Below are positions 58,411 to 64,000 of a DNA stretch of 64,000 nucleotides, one piece after another; within the stretch, counting starts at the first letter, position 1; each line of letters opens with the position of its first letter. Source of the DNA: an uncultured Gemmatimonadales bacterium (GTDB lineage: Bacteria > Gemmatimonadota > Gemmatimonadetes > Longimicrobiales > RSA9); assembly GCA_963798085.1 (NCBI GenBank), contig CAWCRS010000005.1, positions 224,001 through 288,000 on the forward strand, in the 5' to 3' direction. Made by a program: the position numbers and the translations under genes. Under the pieces are notes generated by a model. It ran no database searches and had not been told where the DNA came from. It worked only from the letters and a program-made list of their open reading frames with translations.

Positions 58411-59146
58411 ATGGACGAGCGCATGCGCCGCGATCTGCGCCTGCTCAAGGCGTATTCGCTGCTGCTGACATTGCTGCTGGGGGCACTGGCCGTGGCCGCC
58501 TTCCGCGGCCCGCAGAAGCAGCGCTTCGGCGAAATCAATGTCGAGCGCATCAATGTCGTCGAGCCGGACGGCTCACTGCGCATGGTGATCGCCAATCGCG
58601 CGCGCTCCATCGGCCCCATCTACAAGGGCAGGCCGTTCGGCTATCCCGGCGGCACGCGGCCGGGCATCATCTTCTTCAATGATGAAGGCACGGAAAACGG
58701 CGGCCTCACGTTCCAGGGCCAGCGGCGCCCGGATGGCACGTTCACCGCTAACACCGGACTATCGTTCGATCAGTTCGAGCAGGACCAGATCGTGGTGCTC
58801 AATTACGCGGACGACAACGGCACGCGCCGCGCCGGGCTCACCATCGGCGACCGCGCCAACGTCAACATCTACGACATGGTGCTGCAGCGCGATTCCATCA
58901 TGAAGCTGCCCGCCGGCCCCGCCCGCGAATGAGGCGCTGCGCCGCTGGCAGGGGCCGCGCGCTGGCGTGCCGCTGTACGCGCCGCGCGTGTATCTCGGTC
59001 GCGATCCGCGCCGCTCCGCCGTCCTCGACCTCGACGATCCAATGGGCCGGCCGCGGCTCCGTCTGCGCGTCGATTCGCTGGGCGTGCCCAGCCTCGAGTT
59101 CCTCGACGAGAACGGCGCCGTCACCGCCAGGCTGCCGCAGCGCTGA
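58411..59146 (+). CDS. Conserved hypothetical membrane-anchored protein; 1-nt frameshift at ~58928
   Basis: RBS GGAGGA; EINVERINVVEPDGSLRMVI, FFNDEGTENGGL, FDQFEQDQ. Removing one A from cgaatg gives RDEALRRW...RPRLRLRVDSLGVPSLEFLDENG, stop at 59146. Confidence 0.78.
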
Positions 59147-59250
59147 ATCGGGAACGTCACGCGAAGCGCGTGGTCGCCTGCGCTTGCCCGCGTCCGGGCG
59201 GCGAGGCATCGTCAGGGCCGACACCGTTCGCCAGGAACCGGAGGTGCTGT

Positions 59251-60693
59251 ATGCGACGACTCTGCCTCGTCCTTTCCGTCGCGCTCGCCCTGCCCGTCCC
59301 ACTGCCAGCGCAGACTACGGACACCGAGCGTGCGGCCGCAGGCGCCATCACGCAACAGATCGCCGCGCTGCAGGACAGACTGCAACCCGGGCGTTCCGCC
59401 GAGCGCCTCGTCGCGCGCCAGGACGCCGACCGCGACCGCGTGTTGCAGCGCGCCGCCGAGTTGTGGAATGGTGGACTGCAGGCGCTCAGTGACTGGATCG
59501 GGCATCATCCCGAGGTCGGCTGGAAGGAACAGCAGGCAGTCGACACGCTGACAAAGGTGCTGGCGCAGATGGGCTTCCGCATCGAGCGCAACGTGGCCAG
59601 TCTCGAGACGGCTTTCGTCGGCACCTGGGATTCACCTGCGGGCACGAATGGCCCGACCATCGGCTTCATTGGCGAATACAATGCACTGCGCGGCACCAAT
59701 GGCGCATTCCACGGTGACCAGCACAACGCACAGTCGCCCGTGGCCATGGCGGCCGCGCAGGCGCTGGCTGAAGTCATGACGAACCGGAAACTGCCCGGTC
59801 GCATACGCTTCTATGGAACGCCTGCCGAAGAAGTGGGACCACCCGCCAAGACCATCATGTGGAAGGCCGGCGTGTTCAAGGGCGCGGACATCCTGCTGCG
59901 CAGCCACAGCGCGATGTCGACGGCGCGCGGCCGCGCCGGCTTCGGTGTATGCTGCCTCAACATCAACGAAGTGAAATACACGTTCAAGGGTCGGCCGGCG
60001 CACCAGCTCAGCTCGTGGAACGGCCGCAATGCACTGGAGGGCGCGGTCTCGTTCTACACGGCGGTGGACCGCCTGCGTTCGACGTTCCGCCCGGAGGCCT
60101 CCATCCAGGGTGTCATCCCGGAAGGCGGCGTCGCGCCCAACGTCGTGCCCGATCGGGCGGTCGTCGACTACTACGTACGCTATCCCGACGAAGTCTACCT
60201 CGAGCACATCACGAAGATGATGGATGATGCGGCGCGTGGCGCCGCGCTGGCGACGGGAACGGAAGTCAGCATCGATCGCTACGGAGAGTATCGCGATGGC
60301 GTGTCGCTGGGCACGCTCGAGGAGCTCTATTTCGCGTACGCGCGACAGCTGGGGGCGCCGGCACTCGTGCCCGATCCCGAGCGACCCGCCGGCTACGAGG
60401 AGACCGGCTGGGTCACGCGTGACATTCCCGGTCTCGGTGTGAGCGTGAGCAGCTCCGGCTCACCCAATCACACGTACGGCATGCTGGACGACGCCTTCAC
60501 CGATGTGGGTCACACCGGCTTCCGCATGGATGCGCAGATCATGGCGGCCGTGGCGTGGGATTTCCTGACCAATGCGCAGCTGCGCGCCGACGTGAAGAAC
60601 GAACACGGTGTTCTGGCAGGACTGCTCGAGCAGTATCACACACAGCTCCGGGCCGTGTACGAAAAGGAGATCGGTCCGGGCACCAGCAGGTGA
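59251..60693 (+). CDS. Secreted M20-family amidohydrolase/peptidase (AbgB-like)
   Basis: Signal peptide; HPEVGWKE, LETAF, GEYNAL, FHGDQHN, GTPAEE, FKGRPAH, GRNALEG, APNVVPD. Confidence 0.87.
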   Translation: MRRLCLVLSVALALPVPLPAQTTDTERAAAGAITQQIAALQDRLQPGRSAERLVARQDADRDRVLQRAAELWNGGLQALSDWIGHHPEVGWKEQQAVDTLTKVLAQMGFRIERNVASLETAFVGTWDSPAGTNGPTIGFIGEYNALRGTNGAFHGDQHNAQSPVAMAAAQALAEVMTNRKLPGRIRFYGTPAEEVGPPAKTIMWKAGVFKGADILLRSHSAMSTARGRAGFGVCCLNINEVKYTFKGRPAHQLSSWNGRNALEGAVSFYTAVDRLRSTFRPEASIQGVIPEGGVAPNVVPDRAVVDYYVRYPDEVYLEHITKMMDDAARGAALATGTEVSIDRYGEYRDGVSLGTLEELYFAYARQLGAPALVPDPERPAGYEETGWVTRDIPGLGVSVSSSGSPNHTYGMLDDAFTDVGHTGFRMDAQIMAAVAWDFLTNAQLRADVKNEHGVLAGLLEQYHTQLRAVYEKEIGPGTSR

Positions 60694-60762
60694 AGACGAG
60701 CCGGCCCGCGGGCGGGTGCCCGCGGCGCGTGCGAGACAGGAGCGCGCGCGGCTGACAGCGTG

Positions 60763-61251
60763 TCAGGCCTGGGCCTTGCCGTCCACCATCTGGACGAGAG
60801 TCTGCAGCGCGATGATGCGGTAGCTGCGCTCGCCGGCCGGCAGGCGTACCACCACTTCCTCCTCCAGCTGGTGACCGAGCAGCGCGCGACCAATCGGTGA
60901 CGCCATCGAGATCTGATTGGTGTCCAGGTCGATGAAATCTCCGAACACGATGGTGTACTCGATCTCCTCCCGCGTCGCTGCATCGCGCACGGTGACCCGC
61001 GAGCCGAATCCGACGCGATCCGTCGCGATCTGCTTGGGGTCGATCTTGGACAGCTCACCTGCGCGCTGGCGCAGGTGCTGAATCCGACTCTGCACGAACT
61101 GCTGCCGCTCGATCGCCGACTTGTAATCCGCGTTCTCGCTCAGGTCTCCCAGCTCGACAGCCTTGCGGATGGCAATCGGCAGCGTGACCGTCAGCTCCTC
61201 CATCAGCCGATCGATCTCGTCCGCAATCCGCTGTTTCATTTCCTCCAGCAT
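60763..61251 (-). CDS. greA: Transcription elongation factor GreA
   Basis: AVELGDLSENADYKSA, VGFGSRV, YTIV, ISMASPIGRALLG. Alternative GTG start at 61263. Confidence 0.92.
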   Translation of the reverse strand: MLEEMKQRIADEIDRLMEELTVTLPIAIRKAVELGDLSENADYKSAIERQQFVQSRIQHLRQRAGELSKIDPKQIATDRVGFGSRVTVRDAATREEIEYTIVFGDFIDLDTNQISMASPIGRALLGHQLEEEVVVRLPAGERSYRIIALQTLVQMVDGKAQA

Positions 61252-61643
61252 GAGCTTCTCCACGCAATGCGCCCGCTGATTCCGGCGCCATGGGACAAAC
61301 TGTCTGTCAGCCGGTGTCGTGAACCCCGGCCTCAGCCGCCGCGGGGCGGCAGTGGACCTGTCGGATGAGCCGAGCCGATCGGCCCGGCATTCTACAATAC
61401 TAGGCGTGCCCGGCCCCGTCGACTCCCCGGGCCTCGACCTCGCCCCGCAAGCCAGCCAGGCGAGACGGCTGGCGCGCCATAACAGCCCTGTCTACTATAG
61501 AGGGTGCGTTGACAGCGCAGCCCGTCGCTCCCCAGCCTCCACACGGGCTTCCTCGATGTTCCTCTGGCGCGCTGCCAGCGGTCTTGCCGGCCCGTGAGCC
61601 CCGGTCCGTGGGTCGGCTAACACGACATCGCCAAGGATGGCAC

Positions 61644-64000
61644 ATGAACAACCGCCTGTCTGCGGGCGATTCCGCTGCCGACATTCCCGCGGACCTGCTC
61701 ATCGACAACAGCCCCGATGCCATCATCGCGGCTACGCTCGACGGCTCCATCCTTACGTGGAACCCGGGCGCCGAGCGTATCTTCGGATTCTCCGCCCGGG
61801 AAGCCATCGGCCACCCCCTCATCAATCTGCTCTATCCCGCCGACCAGGCCGTGGCCAGCCGGCACTGGCTGGAATCCGCGGTGCAGACCGGCGCCGCCAT
61901 CTACGAAACCATCTGTTTGCGCAAGGATGGCACGCCCGTCTACATCGATACCTCGATCCGCCTCATCGCCACTGACACCGGCCGGCAGAAATTCCTGGGC
62001 ATTGCCAAGAAAGATGTCACCGAGCTGAAATACCGGCGTGCTTCGGCCATCGTGCAGGGCCGCTTCGGCGCCCTCGTCGAGGCCGCGCCGGATGCCATGA
62101 TCATGATGGATCGCAGCGGTCGCATTGCACTGGTCAACGCGCAGGTCGAGAAACTGTTCGGTTACGGCCGCAACGAGCTGCTGGGCAAACCGGTCGAATT
62201 GCTGGTGCCCGAGCGCTTCCGCCCGCGACACCCGGGTCACCGTGCGAGCTATTTCACGCAACCGCGTACCCGCGCCATGGGCAGCGGCCTCGAGCTGTTT
62301 GCCGTGCGCCGCGACGGCACCGAATTCCCCGTCGAGATCAGTCTCAGCCCGGTCGACACCGAAGAGGGACCGCTGGTGACGGCCGCCATTCGTGACATCT
62401 CGGACCGCAGGCGAGTCGAAGCCAAGTTCCGCGGTCTGCTCGAGGCCGCGCCCGACGCCATGGTCATCGTCGATCGCACCGGCCACATCGCGCTGGTCAA
62501 CGCGCAGACCGAAAAGCTCTTCGGTTACCAGCGCGATGAGCTGCTCGGCAAGCGCGTGGAATTGCTGGTGCCGGAGCGGTTCCAGAGCAAGCACCCCGAT
62601 CACCGCACAAGCTACTTCGGGTCGCCCCGACCGCGCGCCATGGGCTCGGGCCTCGAGTTGTACGCGCGACGCAGGGACGGCAGCGAGTTTCCCGTCGAGA
62701 TCAGCCTCAGCCCGCTGGAAACCGAAGACGGCGTCCTCGTCACCGCCGCCATCCGCGACATCACGGAGCAGAAGAAGCTCGATCGTCAGCTGCGCCGGAA
62801 GAACGAGGAGCTGGAGGAGCAGAACCGCCGTGTTCAGGAGGCCAATCGACTGAAGAGCGAGTTCCTCGCCAACATGTCGCACGAGCTGCGTACACCGCTC
62901 AACGGCATCATCGGCTTCTCCGAGCTGATGTTCGATGGCAAGGTGGGCGACGTCTCGGCGGACCAGAAGGAGTTTCTGGGCGATATCCTGACCAGCGCCC
63001 GCCACCTGCTGCAGCTCATCAACGATGTGCTCGACCTGTCCAAGGTCGAATCCGGGCGCATGGAATTCCATCCCGAGCCCGTGCTCGCGGAAAACATTGT
63101 GGGCGAAGTGCTCGACATCGTGCGCACGCTGGCGGCGCAGAAACGCATCCAGGTGCGCGCCGAAGTCGATCCCGGCGTGCAGCAGCTGGAGCTCGATCCC
63201 GGCCGCCTGAAGCAGGTGCTCTACAACTATGTCTCCAATGCGCTGAAATTCACGCCGGATAACGGTCGTGTTACCGTGCGCCTGCTGCCGGACAGCGAGG
63301 ACGATTTCCGCATCGAGGTGGAGGACACGGGCATCGGCATCCGCGCGGAGGACATGTCGCAGCTCTTCATCGAGTTCCGCCAGCTCGATGCCAGCAGCGC
63401 CAAGAAATACGCGGGCACCGGACTGGGACTGGCGCTCACGCGCCGCATTGTCGAGGCGCAGGGCGGTCGCGTCGAGGTGCACAGCACATTCGGCCAGGGC
63501 AGCACGTTCATGGCCCGGCTGCCCCGGCGCAGCGCAGCGCCCCTCGTGACCGCGCCAGGCGGACCTGTGGTGGGCGAGGGCGAGGGCCAGATCCTGGTGA
63601 TCGAGGATGATGCCAATGATCGCCGCTGGCTGGTCGACGCGCTGACCGGGGCCGGGTTCCGCGTGGAAGCCGTGGCCACCGGCGCCGCCGCGGTCAAGCG
63701 CGCGCTGGATCACCAGTATGCCGCAATTACCCTGGATCTGCTGCTGCCCGACCTGAACGGTGCGCAAGTGCTCGCTGAGCTGCGCAAGGGCCCCAACGCC
63801 GCCACGCCGGTGATCGTCGTGACGGTGGTGGCGGAGGCCGGCATGATCTCCGGCGTCAAGGTGAGCGATATCCTGCCCAAGCCGGTCGAGGATGCGGCCC
63901 TCATTCACGCAGTCAGGCAGGCGACCGGCACGGACGAACGGCCGGTCCTGCTCATCGATGACGATCCCGGCGCACTCCGCCTGGGCGCCGAAATCCTGCG
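61644..64000 (+). CDS. Hybrid sensor histidine kinase (3 PAS, HisKA, HATPase, receiver domains); runs off the right edge
   Basis: MNNRL...SPDAII...[11 protein letters not shown]; two EAAPDAM...VNAQ.EKLFGY PAS units; [47 protein letters not shown] and ITLDLLLP. Confidence 0.94.
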   Translation, partial: MNNRLSAGDSAADIPADLLIDNSPDAIIAATLDGSILTWNPGAERIFGFSAREAIGHPLINLLYPADQAVASRHWLESAVQTGAAIYETICLRKDGTPVYIDTSIRLIATDTGRQKFLGIAKKDVTELKYRRASAIVQGRFGALVEAAPDAMIMMDRSGRIALVNAQVEKLFGYGRNELLGKPVELLVPERFRPRHPGHRASYFTQPRTRAMGSGLELFAVRRDGTEFPVEISLSPVDTEEGPLVTAAIRDISDRRRVEAKFRGLLEAAPDAMVIVDRTGHIALVNAQTEKLFGYQRDELLGKRVELLVPERFQSKHPDHRTSYFGSPRPRAMGSGLELYARRRDGSEFPVEISLSPLETEDGVLVTAAIRDITEQKKLDRQLRRKNEELEEQNRRVQEANRLKSEFLANMSHELRTPLNGIIGFSELMFDGKVGDVSADQKEFLGDILTSARHLLQLINDVLDLSKVESGRMEFHPEPVLAENIVGEVLDIVRTLAAQKRIQVRAEVDPGVQQLELDPGRLKQVLYNYVSNALKFTPDNGRVTVRLLPDSEDDFRIEVEDTGIGIRAEDMSQLFIEFRQLDASSAKKYAGTGLGLALTRRIVEAQGGRVEVHSTFGQGSTFMARLPRRSAAPLVTAPGGPVVGEGEGQILVIEDDANDRRWLVDALTGAGFRVEAVATGAAAVKRALDHQYAAITLDLLLPDLNGAQVLAELRKGPNAATPVIVVTVVAEAGMISGVKVSDILPKPVEDAALIHAVRQATGTDERPVLLIDDDPGALRLGAEIL
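62064..62768 (+). repeat. Intragenic tandem duplication of a PAS domain (period 363 bp)
   Basis: Units start at 62064 and 62427 and share gaggccgcgcc.ga.gccatg, ctggtcaacgcgcag, gaattgctggtgcc, cgcgccatgggc, cccgtcgagatcag.ctcagcccg. Confidence 0.85.

Noticed and set aside
2793..58931. Programmed ribosomal frameshifting or phase variation in the split genes
   Set aside because: No slippery heptamers or long homopolymer tracts at the sites; single-base indels in unrelated genes share a sequence motif.
61270..61640. Possible ncRNA or riboswitch between greA and the PAS kinase
   Set aside because: GC-rich pairing potential and isolated TTGACA/TACAAT hexamers, but no recognisable family or properly spaced promoter; would need an Rfam search.

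Overview
GC-rich bacterial DNA. The gene content (ECF sigma/Ser-Thr kinase pair, duplicated-permease ABC proteins, many secreted proteins and lipoproteins) suggests a Gemmatimonadota/Acidobacteriota-like organism; this is inference. Left to right: a kinase-cyclase-like-AAA protein with its ECF sigma; a DUF1326/DUF2182 pair; a nitrilase-fold orphan; a LigD polymerase domain; a di-haem peroxidase; GT9; a beta-propeller protein; two ABC permeases around a LytS/LytTR pair; an orphan lipoprotein; a four-gene DUF4062-inactive STAND / MoxR / vWA / kinase-TIR operon (probable conflict or defence system); a ~17 kb glucuronoxylan/hexuronate locus with its own operator and two decayed genes; HD-GYP plus HEAT; an EEP nuclease, peptidases, TetR and CocE; greA; and a partial PAS hybrid kinase. 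Three things stand out: (1) the ternary MoxR-vWA system with TIR-like domains at both ends; (2) a readable fossil of tandem duplication with reciprocal gene loss at 5.4-11.3 kb; (3) frameshifts and Asp-to-Asn changes that recur at one motif (CGATG/CATCG), probably a DNA-modification or base-calling signature. No rRNA, tRNA, CRISPR array, transposase or integrase was recognised. All family calls come from motif recognition, not database searches.
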